From Eledone cirrhosa (Eukaryota), in NCBI GenBank assembly GCA_964016885.1, contig OZ024743.1:209808001-209872000 (forward strand): DNA of 64,000 bases. The letters are read 5' to 3'. A program made the position numbers and the translations under genes. Below, piece by piece: positions 46,201 to 60,675 of the stretch (positions are counted from its first letter, which is position 1; every line of letters starts with the position of its first letter). A model generated the notes under the pieces. The model ran no database searches. It was not told where the DNA came from and worked only from the letters and a program-made list of their open reading frames with translations.

Positions 46201-46600
46201 CACAGTTTACCACCCTATAGCCACAGATGAAAGCTCTTCACTCCATGAGATATACCACAGTTTACCATCCTATAGCCACAGATGAAAGCTCTTCACTCCA
46301 TATGATATACCACAGTTTACCATCCTGTAGCCACGCATGAAAGCTCTTCACTCCATAAGATATACCACAGTTTACCATCCTATAGTCAAGCCACGGATGA
46401 AAGCTCTTCACTCCATAAGATATACCACAGTTTACCATCCTATAGTCACACATGAAAGCTCTTCATTCCATAAGATATAACACAGTTTACCATCCTATAT
46501 CCAGATGAAAGCTCTTCTCTCCATAAGATATACCACAGTTTACCATCCTATAGCCACAGATGAAAGCTCTACACTCCATAAGATATACCACAGTTTACCA
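40270..46600 (+). repeat. Dispersed duplicated block: about 40270-41530 recurs at about 43730-44990 (+3458), with a third partial copy at about 46270-46590
   Basis: ORF pairs 40459/43917 and 41100/44558 are +3458, and 44558/46262 is +1704. The private variants CCTGTAGCCACGC, GTCAAGCCACGG, TATATCCAG, TTCTCTCC and GCTCTACAC occur in the same order in all three copies. Confidence 0.9.
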
Positions 46601-47379
46601 TCCTATAGCCACAGATGAAAGCTCTTCACTCCATAAGATATACCACAGTTTACCATCCTATAGCCACAGATGAAAGCTGTTCACTCCATAAGATATACCA
46701 CAGTTTACCATCCTATAGCCACACATGAAAGCTCTTCACTCCATAAGATATACCACAGTTTACCATCCTATAGCCACAGATGAAAGCTGTTCACTCCATA
46801 ATATATACGACAGTTTAACATCCTATATCCACAGATGAAAGCTGTTCACTCCATAAGATATACGACAGTTTACCATCCTATAGCCACACATGAAAGCTCT
46901 TCACTCCATAAGATATACCACATTTTACCATCCTATAGCCACACATGAAAGCTCTTCACTCCATAAGATATACCACAGTTTACCATCCTATAGCCACAGA
47001 TGAAAGCTCTTCACTCCATAAGATATACCACAGTTTACCATCCTATAGCCACAGATGAAAGCTCTTCACCCCATAAGATATACCACAGTTTACCATCCTA
47101 TAGCCACACATGAAAGCTCTTCACTCCATAAGATATACCACAGTTTACCATCCTATAGCCACACATGAAAGCTCTTCACTCCATAAGATATACCACAGTT
47201 TCCCATCCTATAGCCACACATGAAAGCTCTTCACTCCATAAGATATACCACAGTTTACCATCCTATAGCCACACATGAAAGCTCTTCACTCCATAAGATA
47301 TACCACAGTTTACCATCCTATAGCCACACATGAAAGCCCTTCACTCCATAAGATATACCACAGTTTACCATCCTATAGC

Positions 47380-50300
47380 CACAGATGAAAGCTCTTCACC
47401 CCATAAGATATACCACAGTTTACCATCCTATAGCCACAGATGAAAGCTCTTCACCCCATTAGATATACCACAGTTTACCATCCTATAGCCACACATGAAA
47501 GCTCTTCACTCCATAAGATATACCACATTTTACCATCCTATAGCCACACATGAAAGCTCTTCACTCCATAAGATATACCACAGTTTACCATCCTATAGCC
47601 ACAGATGAAAGCTCTTCACCCCATAAGATATACCACAGTTTACCATCCTATAGCCACACATGAAAGCTCTTCACCCCATCAGATATACCACAGTTTACCA
47701 TCCTATTGCCACACATTAAAGCTCTTCACTCCATAATATATACCAGAGTTTACCATCCTATAGCCACACATGAAAGCTCTTCACTCCATAAGATATACCA
47801 CAGTTTACCATCCTATAGCCAGATGAAAGCTCTTCACTCCATAAGATATACGATAGTTTACCATCCTATAGCCACACATGAAATCTCTTCACTCCATAAG
47901 ATATACCACAGTTTACCATCCTATAGCCACACATGAAAGCTCTTCACTCCATAAGATATACCTCAGTTTACCATCCTATAGCCACAGATGAAAGCTCTTC
48001 ACTCCATAAGATATACCACAGTTAACTATCCTATAGCCACACATGAGAGCTCTTCACCCCATAAGATATACCACAGTTTACCATCCTATAGCCAGATGAA
48101 AGCTCTTCACTCCGTAAAATATACCACAGTTTACCATCCTATAGCCACACATGAAAGCTCTTCACTCCATAAGATATACCACAGTTTACCATCCTATAGC
48201 CACAGATGAAAGCTCTTCACTCCATAAGATATACCACAGTTTAACATCCTATAGCCACAGATGAAAGCTCTTCACTCCATACGATATACCACAGTTTACC
48301 ATCCTATAGCCACAGATGAAAGCTCTTCACTCCATAAGATATACCACAGTTTACCATCCTATAGCCACAGATGAAAGCTCTTCACCCCATAAGATATACC
48401 CCAGTTAACCATCCTATAGCCACACATGAAAGCTCTTCACTCCATAAGATATACCACAGTTTACCATCCTATAGCCACAGATAAAAGCTCTTCACCCCAT
48501 AAGATATACCACAGTTTACCATCCTATAGCCACACATGAAAGCTCTTCACTCCATAAGATATACCACAGTTTACCATCCTATAGCCGCACATGAAAGCTC
48601 TTCACTCCATAAGATATACCACAGTTTACCATCCTATAGCCACACATGAAAGCTCTTCACTCCATAAGGTATACCACAGTTTACCATCCTATAGCCACAC
48701 ATGAAAGCTCTTCACTCCATAAGATATACCACAGTTTACCATCCTATAGCCACAGATGAAAGCTCTTCACCCCATAAGATATACCACAGTTTACCATCCT
48801 ATAGCCACAGATGAAAGCTCTTCACCCCATGAGACATACCACAGTTTACCATCCTATAGCCACACATGAAAGCTCTTCACTCCATAAGATATACCACAGT
48901 TTACCATCCTATAGCCACACATGAAAGCTCTTCACGCCATAAGATATACCTCAGTTTACCATCCTATAGCCACAGATGAAAGCTCTTCACTCCATAAGAT
49001 ATACCACAGTTTACCATCCTATAGCCACAGATGAAAGCTCTTCACTCCATAAGATATACCACAGTTTACCATGCTATAGCCACAGATGAAAGCTGTTCAC
49101 TCCATAAGATATACGACAGTTTACCATCCTATAGCCACAGATGAAAGCTGTTCACTCCATAAGATATACGACAGTTTACCATCCTATAGCCAGATGAAAG
49201 CTCTTCACTCCATAAGATATACCACAGTTTACCATCCTATAGCCACAGATGAAAGCTGTTCACTCCATAAGATATACCACAGTTTACCATCCTATAGCCA
49301 GATGAAAGCTCTTCATTCCATAAGATATACCACAGTTTACCATCCTATAGCCAGATGAAAGCTCTTCACTCCATAAGATATACCACAGTTTACCATCTTA
49401 TAGCCACAGATGAAAGCTCTTCACTCCATAAGATATACCACAGTTTACCACCCTATAGCCACAGATGAAAGCTCTTCACTCCATAAGATATACCACAGTT
49501 TACCATCCTATAGCCACAGATGAAAGCTCTTCACTCCATAAGATATACCACAGTTTAACATCCTATAGCCACAGATGAAAGCTCTTCACCCCATAAGATA
49601 TACCACAGTTTAACATCCTATAGCCACAGATGAAAGCTCTTCACTCCATACGATATACCACAGTTTACCATCCTATAGCCACAGATGAAAGCTCTTTACT
49701 CCATAAGATATACCACAGTTTACCATCCTATAGCCACAGATGAAAGCTGTTCACTCCATAAGATATACCACAGTTTACCATCCTATAGCCAGATGAAAGC
49801 TCTTCATTCCATAAGATATACCACAGTTTACCATCCTATAGCCAGATGAAAGCTCTTCACTCCATAAGATATACCACAGTTTACCATCCTATAGCCACAG
49901 ATGAAAGCTCTTCACTTCATAAGATATACCACAGTTTACCACCCTATAGCCACAGATGAAAGCTCTTCACTCCATAAGATATACCACAGTTTACCATCCT
50001 ATAGCCACAGATGCAAGCTCTTCACTCCATAAGATATACCACAGTTTAACATCCTATAGCCACAGATGAAAGCTCTTCACCCCATAAGATATACCACAGT
50101 TTAACATCCTATAGCCACAGATGAAAGCTCTTCACTCCATACGATATACCACAGTTTACCATCCTATAGCCACAGATGAAAGCTCTTCACTCCATAAGAT
50201 ATACCACAGTTTGCCATCCTATAGCCACAGATGAAAGCTCTTCACCCCATAAGATATACCCCAGTTTACCATCCTATAGCCACACATGAAAGCTCTTCAC

Positions 50301-53300
50301 TCCATAAGATATACCACAGTTTACCATCCTATAGCCACAGATAAAAGCTCTTCACCCCATAAGATATACCACAGTTTACCATCCTATAGCCACACATGAA
50401 AGCTCTTCACTCCATAAGATATACCACAATTTACCATCCTATAGCCACACATGAAAGCTCTTCACTCCATAAGGTATACCACAGTTTACCATCCTATAGC
50501 CACAGATGAAAGCTCTTCACTCCATAAGATATACCACAGTTTACCATCCTATAGCCACAGATGAAAGCTCTTCACTCCATAAGATATACCACAGTTTACC
50601 ATGCTATAGCCACAGATGAAAGCTGTTCACTCCATAAGATATACGACAGTTTACCATCCTATAGCCACAGATGAAAGCTGTTCACTCCATAAGATATACG
50701 ACAGTTTACCATCCTATAGCCAGATGAAAGCTCTTCACTCCATAAGATATACCACAGTTTACCATCCTATAGCCACAGATGAAAGCTGTTCACTCCATAA
50801 GATATACCACAGTTTACCATCCTATAGCCAGATGAAAGCTCTTCATTCCATAAGATATACCACAGTTTACCATCCTATAGCCAGATGAAAGCTCTTCACT
50901 CCATAAGATATACCACAGTTTACCATCTTATAGCCACAGATGAAAGCTCTTCACTCCATAAGATATACCACAGTTTACCACCCTATAGCCACAGATGAAA
51001 GCTCTTCACTCCATAAGATATACCACAGTTTACCATCCTATAGCCACAGATGAAAGCTCTTCACTCCATAAGATATACCACAGTTTAACATCCTATAGCC
51101 ACAGATGAAAGCTCTTCACCCCATAAGATATACCACAGTTTAACATCCTATAGCCACAGATGAAAGCTCTTCACTCCATACGATATACCACAGTTTACCA
51201 TCCTATAGCCACAGATGAAAGCTCTTTACTCCATAAGATATACCACAGTTTACCATCCTATAGCCACAGATGAAAGCTGTTCACTCCATAAGATATACCA
51301 CAGTTTACCATCCTATAGCCAGATGAAAGCTCTTCATTCCATAAGATATACCACAGTTTACCATCCTATAGCCAGATGAAAGCTCTTCACTCCATAAGAT
51401 ATACCACAGTTTACCATCCTATAGCCACAGATGAAAGCTCTTCACTTCATAAGATATACCACAGTTTACCACCCTATAGCCACAGATGAAAGCTCTTCAC
51501 TCCATAAGATATACCACAGTTTACCATCCTATAGCCACAGATGCAAGCTCTTCACTCCATAAGATATACCACAGTTTAACATCCTATAGCCACAGATGAA
51601 AGCTCTTCACCCCATAAGATATACCACAGTTTAACATCCTATAGCCACAGATGAAAGCTCTTCACTCCATACGATATACCACAGTTTACCATCCTATAGC
51701 CACAGATGAAAGCTCTTCACTCCATAAGATATACCACAGTTTGCCATCCTATAGCCACAGATGAAAGCTCTTCACCCCATAAGATATACCCCAGTTTACC
51801 ATCCTATAGCCACACATGAAAGCTCTTCACTCCATAAGATATACCACAGTTTACCATCCTATAGCCACAGATAAAAGCTCTTCACCCCATAAGATATACC
51901 ACAGTTTACCATCCTATAGCCACACATGAAAGCTCTTCACTCCATAAGATATACCACAATTTACCATCCTATAGCCACACATGAAAGCTCTTCACTCCAT
52001 AAGGTATACCACAGTTTACCATCCTATAGCCACACATGAAAGCTCTTCACTCCATAAGATATACCACAGTTTACCATCCTATAGCCACACATGAAAGCTC
52101 TTCACTCCATAAGATATACCACAGTTTACCATCCTATAGCCACAGATGAAAGCTCTTCACCCCATAAGATATACCACAGTTTACCATCCTATAGCCACAG
52201 ATGAAAGCTCTTCACCCCATGAGATATACCACAGTTTACCATCCTATAGCCACACATGAAAGCTCTTCACTCCATAAGATATACCACAGTTTACCATCCT
52301 ATAGCCACACATGAAAGCTCTTCACTCCATAAGATATACCACAGTTTACCATCCTATAGCCACACATGAAAGCTCTTCACGCCATAAGATATACCTCAGT
52401 TTACCATCCTATAGCCACAGATGAAAGCTCTTCACTCCATAAGATATACCACAGTTTACCATCCTATAGCCACAGATGAAAGCTCTTCACTCCATAAGAT
52501 ATACCACAGTTTACAATGCTATAGCCACAGATGAAAGCTGTTCACTCCATAAGATATACGACAATTTACCATCCTATAGCCACAGATGAAAGCTGTTCAC
52601 TCCATAAGATATACGACAGTTTACCATCCTATAGCCAGATGAAAGCTCTTCACTCCATAAGATATACCACAGTTTACCATCCTATAGCCACAGATGAAAG
52701 CTGTTCACTCCATAAGATATACCACAGTTTACCATCCTATAGCCAGATGAAAGCTCTTCACTCCATAAGATATACCACAGTTTACCATCCTATAGCCAGA
52801 TGAAAGCTCTTCACTCCATAAGATATACCACAGTTTACCATCCTATAGCCACAGATGAAAGCTCTTCACTCCATAAGATATACCACAGTTTACCACCCTA
52901 TAGCCACAGATGAAAGCTCTTCACTCCATAAGATATACCACAATTTACCATCCTATAGCCACAGATGAAAGCTCTTCACTCCATAAGATATACCACAGTT
53001 TACCATCCTATAGCCACAGATGAAAGCTCTTCATCCATAAGATATACCACAGTTTACCATCCTATAGCCACAGATGAAAGCTCTTCACTCCATTAGATAT
53101 ACCACAGTTTACCATCCTATAGCCACAGATGAAAGCTGTTCACTCCATAAGATATACCACCGTTTACCATCCTATAGCCACACATGAAAGCTCTTCACTC
53201 CATAAGATATACCACAGTTTACCATCCTATAGCCACAGATGAAAGCTGTTCACTCCATAATATATACGACAGTTTAACATCCTATATCCACAGATGAAAG

Positions 53301-55370
53301 CTGTTCACTCCATAAGATATACGACAGTTTACCATCCTATAGCCAGATGAAAGCTCTTCACTCCATAAGATATATCACAGTTTACCATCCTATAGCCACA
53401 GATGAAAGCTGTTCACTCCATAAGATATACCACAGTTTACCATCCTATAGCCAGATGAAAGCTCTTCACTCCATAAGATATACCACAGTTTACCATCCTA
53501 AAGCCACAGATGAAAGCTCTTCACTCCATAAGATATACCACAATTTACCATCCTATAGCCACAGATGAAAGCTGTTTACTCCATAAGATATACCACAGTT
53601 TACCATCCTATAGCCAGATGAAAGCTCTTCACTCCATAAGATATACCACAGTTTACCATCCTATAGTCACAGATGAAAGCTGTTCACTCCATAAGATATA
53701 CCACAGTTTACCATCCTATAGCCAGATGAAAGCTCTTCACTCCATAAGATATACCACAGTTTACCATCCTAAAGCCACAGATGAAAGCTCTTCACTCCAT
53801 AAGATATACCACAGTTTACCATCCTATAGCCACAGATGAAAGCTCTTCACTCCATAAGATATACCACAGTTTACCATCCTATAACCACAGATGAAAGCTC
53901 TTCACTCCATAAGATATACCACAGTTTACCATCCTATAGCCACAGATGAAAGCTCTTCACTCCATAAGATATACCACAGTTTACCATCCTATAGCCACAG
54001 ATGAAAGCTCTTCACCCCATAAGATATACCACAGTTTACCATCCTATAGCCACACATGAAAGCTCTTCACTGCATAAGATATACCACAGTTTACCATCCT
54101 ATAGCCACACATGAAAGCTCTTCACCCCATAAGATATACCACAGTTTACCATCCTATAGCCACACATGAAAGCTCTTCACTCCATAAGATATACCACAGT
54201 TTACCATCCTATAGCCACACATGAAAGCTCTTCACTCCATAAGATATACCACAGTTTACCATCCTATAGCCACACATGAAAGCTCTTCACTCCATAAGAT
54301 ATACCACAGTTTACCATCCTATAGCCACAGATGAAAGCTCTTCACCCCATAAGATATACCACAGTTTACCATCCTATAGCCACAGATGAAAGCTCTTCAC
54401 CCCATTAGATATACCACAGTTTACCATCCTATAGCCACACATGAAAGCTATTCACTCCATAAGATATACCACATTTTACCATCCTATAGCCACACATGAA
54501 AGCTCTTCACTCCATAAGATATACCACAGTTTACCATCCTATAGCCACCCATGAAAGCTCTTCACTCCATAAGATATACCACAGTTTACCATCCTATAGC
54601 CACAGATGAAAGCTCTTCACCCCATAAGATATACCACAGTTTACCATCCTATAGCCACACATGAAAGCTCTTCACCCCATCAGATATACCACAGTTTACC
54701 ATCCTATTGCCACACATTAAAGCTCTTCACTCCATAATATATACCAGAGTTTACCATCCTATAGCCACACATGAAAGCTCTTCACTCCATAAGATATACC
54801 ACAGTTTACCATCCTATAGCCAGATGAAAGCTCTTCACTCCATAAGATAAACGATAATTTACCATCCTATAGCCACACATGAAATCTCTTCACTCCATAA
54901 GATATACCACAGTTTACCATCCTATAGCCACACATGAAAGCTCTTCACTCCATAAGATATACCTCAGTTTACCATCCTATAGCCACAGATGAAAGCTCTT
55001 CACTCCATAAGATATACCACAGTTTACTATCCTATAGCCACACATGAGAGCTCTTCACCCCATAAGATATACCACAGTTTACCATCCTATAGCCAGATGA
55101 AAGCTCTTCACTCCGTAAAATATACCACAGTTTACCATCCTATAGCCACACATGAAAGCTCTTCACTCCATAAGATATACCACAGTTTACCATCCTATAG
55201 CCACAGATGAAAGCTCTTCACTCCATAAGATATACCACATTTTAACATCCTATAGCCACAGATGAAAGCTCTTCACTCCATACGATATACCACAGTTTAC
55301 CGTCCTATAGCCACAGATGAAAGCTCTTCACTCCATAAGATATACCCCAGTTAACCATCCTATAGCCACA
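47380..55370 (+). repeat. Dispersed duplicated block: about 47.4-48.3 kb recurs at about 54.3-55.3 kb (offset about 7001)
   Basis: ORF pair 47988/54989 is +7001. The private variants CCCCATTAG, CCCCATCAG, CACATTAAAG and ATAATATATACCAGAG occur in the same order in both blocks. Confidence 0.85.
48952..52034 (+). repeat. Tandem duplication, period 1530 bp (28 monomers), each copy containing an older internal 491-bp (9-monomer) duplication
   Basis: ORF pair 49086/50616 is +1530. ATGCAAGC (50011/51541), TTGCCATC (50211/51741) and AAGGTATA (50471/52001) share that offset. Inside each copy TTCATTCC recurs at about 49312/49803 (+491 = 7x55 + 2x53). Confidence 0.93.
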
Positions 55371-57890
55371 CATGAAAGCTCTTCACTCGATAAGATATAC
55401 CACAGTTTACCATCCTATAGCCACAGATGAAAGCTCTTCACTCCATAAGATATACCACAGTTTACCATCCTATAGCCAGATGAAAGCTCTTCACTCCATA
55501 AGATATACCACAGTTTACCATCCTATAGCCATACATGAAAGCTCTTCACTCCATAAGATATACCACAGTTTACATTCCTATAGCCACACATGAAAGTTCT
55601 TCACTCGATAAGATATACCACAGTTTACCATCCTATAGCCACACATGAAAGCTCTTCACTCCATAAGATATACCACAGTTTACCATCCTATAGCCAGATG
55701 AAAGCTCTTCACTCCATAAGATATACGACAGTTTACCATCCTATAGCCACACATGAAAGCTCTTCAATCCATAAGATATACCCCAGTTTACCATCTTATA
55801 GCCAGATGAAAGCTCTTCACTCCATAAGATATACCACAGTTTACCACCCTATAGCCACAGATGAAAGCTCTTCACTCCATGAGATATACCACAGTTTACC
55901 ATCCTATAGCCACGCCACGGATGAAAGCTCTTCACTCCATAAGATATACCACAGTTTACAATCCTATAGCCACAGATGAAAGATCTTCACTCCATAAGAT
56001 ATACCACAGTTTACCATCCTATGGCCACAGATGAAATCTCTTCACTTCATAAGATATACCACAGTTTACTATCCTATAGCCACAGATGAAAGCTCCTCAC
56101 TCGATAAGATATACCACAGTTTACCATCCTATAGCCACACATGAAAGCTCTTCACTCCATAAGATATACCACAGTTTACCATCCTATAGCCACACATGAA
56201 AGCTCTTCACGCCATAAGATATACCTCAGTTTACCATCCTATAGCCACAGATGAAAGCTCTTCACTCCATAACATATACCACAGTTTACTATCCTATAGC
56301 CACAGATGAAAGCTCTTCACTCCATAAGATATACCACAGTTTACAATGCTATAGCCACAGATGAAAGCTGTTCACTCCATAAGATATACGACAGTTTACC
56401 ATCCTATAGCCACAGATGAAAGCTCTTCACTCCATAAGATATACGACAGTTTACCATCCTATAGCCAGATGAAAGCTCTTCACTCCATAAGATATACCAC
56501 AGTTTACCATCCTATAGCCACAGATGAAAGCTGTTCACTCCATAAGATATACGACAGTTTACCATCCTATAGCCAGATGAAAGCTCTTCACTCCATAAGA
56601 TATACCACAGTTTACCATCCTATAGCCAGATGAAAGCTCTTCACTCCATAAGATATACCACAGTTTACCATACTATAGCCACAGATGAAAGCTCTTCACT
56701 CGATAAGATATACCACAGTTTACCATCCTATAGCCACAGATGAAAGCTCTTCACTCCATAAGATATACCACAGTTTACCATCCTATAGCCAGATGAAAGC
56801 TCTTCACTCCATAAGATATACCACAGTTTACCATCCTATAGCCATACATGAAAGCTCTTCACTCCATAAGATATACCACAGTTTACATTCCTATAGCCAC
56901 ACATGAAAGTTCTTCACTCGATAAGATATACCACAGTTTACCATCCTATAGCCACACATGAAAGCTCTTCACTCCATAAGATATACCACAGTTTACCATC
57001 CTATAGCCAGATGAAAGCTCTTCACTCCATAAGATATACCACAGTTTACCACCCTATAGCCACAGATGAAAGCTCTTCACTCCATGAGATATACCACAGT
57101 TTACCATCCTATAGCCACGCCACGGATGAAAGCTCTTCACTCCATAAGATATACCACAGTTTACAATCCTATAGCCACAGATGAAAGATCTTCACTCCAT
57201 AAGATATACCACAGTTTACCATCCTATGGCCACAGATGAAATCTCTTCACTTCATAAGATATACCACAGTTTACTATCCTATAGCCACAGATGAAAGCTC
57301 TTCACTCGATAAGATATACCACAGTTTACCATCCTATAGCCACACATGAAAGCTCTTCACTCCATAAGATATACCACAGTTTACCATCCTATAGCCACAC
57401 ATGAAAGCTCTTCACGCCATAAGATATACCTCAGTTTACCATCCTATAGCCACAGATGAAAGCTCTTCACTCCATAACATATACCACAGTTTACCATCCT
57501 ATAGCCACAGATGAAAGCTCTTCACTCCATAAGATATACCACAGTTTACAATGCTATAGCCACAGATGAAAGCTGTTCACTCCATAAGATATACGACAGT
57601 TTACCATCCTATAGCCACAGATGAAAGCTGTTCACTCCATAAGATATACGACAGTTTACCATCCTATAGCCAGATGAAAGCTCTTCACTCCATAAGATAT
57701 ACCACAGTTTACCATCCTATAGCCACAGATGAAAGCTGTTCACTCCATAAGATATACGACAGTTTACCATCCTATAGCCAGATGAAAGCTCTTCACTCCA
57801 TAAGATATACCACAGTTTACCATCCTATAGCCAGATGAAAGCTCTTCACTCCATAAGATATACCACAGTTTACCATACTATAGCCACAGA
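55370..57890 (+). repeat. Tandem duplication, period 1313 bp, with a 108-bp (55+53) indel between the copies
   Basis: ORF pairs 55372/56685 and 55590/56903 are +1313, then 56361/57566 is +1205. The private variant GAAAGATCTTC lies at about 55978 and 57183. Confidence 0.9.
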
Positions 57891-58136
57891 TGAAAGCTCT
57901 TCACTCCATAAGATATACCACAGTTTACCACCCTATAGCCACAGATGAAAGCTCTTCACTCCATAAGATATATCACAGTTTACCATCCTATAGCCACAGA
58001 TGAAAGCTCTTCACTCCATAAGATATACCACAGTTTACCATCCTATAGCCACAGATGAAAGCTCTTCACTCCATAAGATATACCACAGTTTACTATCCTA
58101 TAGCCACAGATGAAAGCTCTTCACCCCATAAGATAC

Positions 58137-60675
58137 ACCACAGTTTACCATCCTATAGCCACACATGAAAGCTCTTCACTCCATAAGATATACCACAGTT
58201 TACCATCCTATAGCCACACAGGAAAGCTCTTCAGTCCATAAGATATACCACAGTTTACCATTCTATAGCCACAGATGAAAGCTCTTCACCCCATAAGATA
58301 TACCACAGTTTACCATCCTATAGCCACACATGAAAGCTCTTCACCCCATAAGATATACCACAGTTTACCATCCTATTGCCACACATGAAAGTTCTTCACT
58401 CGATAAGATATACCACAGTTTACCATCCTATAGCCACACATGAACGCTCTTCACTCCATAAGATATACCACAGTTTACCATCCTATAGCAAGATGAAAGC
58501 TCTTCACTCCATAAGATATACGACAGTTTACCATCCTATAGCCACACATGAAAACTCTTCAATCCATAAGATATACCACAGTTTACCATCCTATAGCCAC
58601 AGATGAAAGCTCTTCACTCCATAAGATATACCACAGTTTACCATCCTATAGCCACAGATGAAAGCTCTTCACCCCATAAGATACACCACAGTTTACCATC
58701 CTATATCCACACATGAAAGCTCTTCACTCCATAAGATATACCACAGTTTACCATCGTATAGCCACACAGGAAAGCTCTTCACTCCATAAGATATACCACA
58801 GTTTACCATTCTATAGCCACAGATGAAAGCTCTTCACCCCATAAGATATACCACAGTTTACCATCCTATAGCCACACATGAAAGTTCTTCACTCGATAAG
58901 ATATACCACAGTTTACCATCCTATAGCCACACATGAAAGCTCTTCACTCCATAAGATATACCACAGTTTACCATCCTATAGCAAGATGAAAGCTCTTCAC
59001 TCCATATGATATACGACAGTTTACCATCCTATAGCCATACATGAAAACTCTTCAATCCATAAGATATACCTCAGTTTACCATCTTATAGCCACAGATGAA
59101 AGCTCTTCACTCCATGAGATATACCACGGTTTAGCATCCTATAGCCACACATGAAAGCTCTTCACTCCATAAGATATACCTCAGTTTACCATCTTATATC
59201 CACAGATGAAAGCTCTTCACTCCATAAGATATACCACAGTTTACCATCCTATAGCCAGATGAAAGCTCTTCACTCCATAAGATATACCACAGTTTACCAT
59301 ACTATAGCCACAGATGAAAGCTCTTCACTCCATAAGATATACCACAGTTTACCACCCTATAGCCACAGATGAAAGCTCTTCACTCCATAAGATATACCAC
59401 AGTTTACCATCCTATAGCCACACATGAAAGCTCTTCACTCCATAAGATATACCACAGTTTACCATCCTATAGCCACACAGGAAAGCTCTTCAGTCCATAA
59501 GATATACCACAGTTTACCATTCTATAGCCACAGATGAAAGCTCTTCACCCCATAAGATATACCACAGTTTACCATCCTATAGCCACACATGAAAGCTCTT
59601 CACCCCATAAGATATACCACAGTTTACCATCCTATTGCCACACATGAAAGTTCTTCACTCGATAAGATATACCACAGTTTACCATCCTATAGCCACACAT
59701 GAACGCTCTTCACTCCATAAGATATACCACAGTTTACCATCCTATAGCAAGATGAAAGCTCTTCACTCCATAAGATATACGACAGTTTACCATCCTATAG
59801 CCACACATGAAAACTCTTCAATCCATAAGATATACCACAGTTTACCATCCTATAGCCACAGATGAAAGCTCTTCACTCCATAAGATATACCACAGTTTAC
59901 CATCCTATAGCCACAGATGAAAGCTCTTCACCCCATAAGATACACCACAGTTTACCATCCTATATCCACACATGAAAGCTCTTCACTCCATAAGATATAC
60001 CACAGTTTACCATCGTATAGCCACACAGGAAAGCTCTTCACTCCATAAGATATACCACAGTTTACCATTCTATAGCCACAGATGAAAGCTCTTCACCCCA
60101 TAAGATATACCACAGTTTACCATCCTATAGCCACACATGAAAGTTCTTCACTCGATAAGATATACCACAGTTTACCATCCTATAGCCACACATGAAAGCT
60201 CTTCACTCCATAAGATATACCACAGTTTACCATCCTATAGCAAGATGAAAGCTCTTCACTCCATATGATATACGACAGTTTACCATCCTATAGCCATACA
60301 TGAAAACTCTTCAATCCATAAGATATACCTCAGTTTACCATCTTATAGCCACAGATGAAAGCTCTTCACTCCATGAGATATACCACGGTTTAGCATCCTA
60401 TAGCCACACATGAAAGCTCTTCACTCCATAAGATATACCTCAGTTTACCATCTTATATCCACAGATGAAAGCTCTTCACTCCATAAGATATACCACAGTT
60501 TACCATCCTATAGCCAGATGAAAGCTCTTCACTCCATAAGATATACCACAGTTTACCATACTATAGCCACAGATGAAAGCTCTTCACTCCATAAGATATA
60601 CCACAGTTTACCACCCTATAGCCACAGATGAAAGCTCTTCACTCCATAAGATATACCACAGTTTACCATCCTATA
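58137..60675 (+). repeat. Tandem duplication, period 1259 bp (23 monomers)
   Basis: ORF pairs 58376/59635 and 59151/60410 are +1259. The private variants TTCAGTCC, GAACGCTC, CGGTTTAGC and TCTTATATCC share that offset. 1259 = 23x55 - 3x2. Confidence 0.93.

Noticed and set aside
20766-46453. Minus-strand ORFs at 20766, 41100, 44558 and 46262
   Set aside because: These are chance read-throughs caused by length variants and substitutions in the same satellite. Three of the four are copies of one duplicated block.
6995-53040. Singleton 1-bp indels: CCCTATAAG (~7002) and TTCATCCATAA (~53033)
   Set aside because: Each is seen once, and the ~7002 insertion is absent from its homologous copy near 710. 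They cannot be distinguished from consensus errors without reads.
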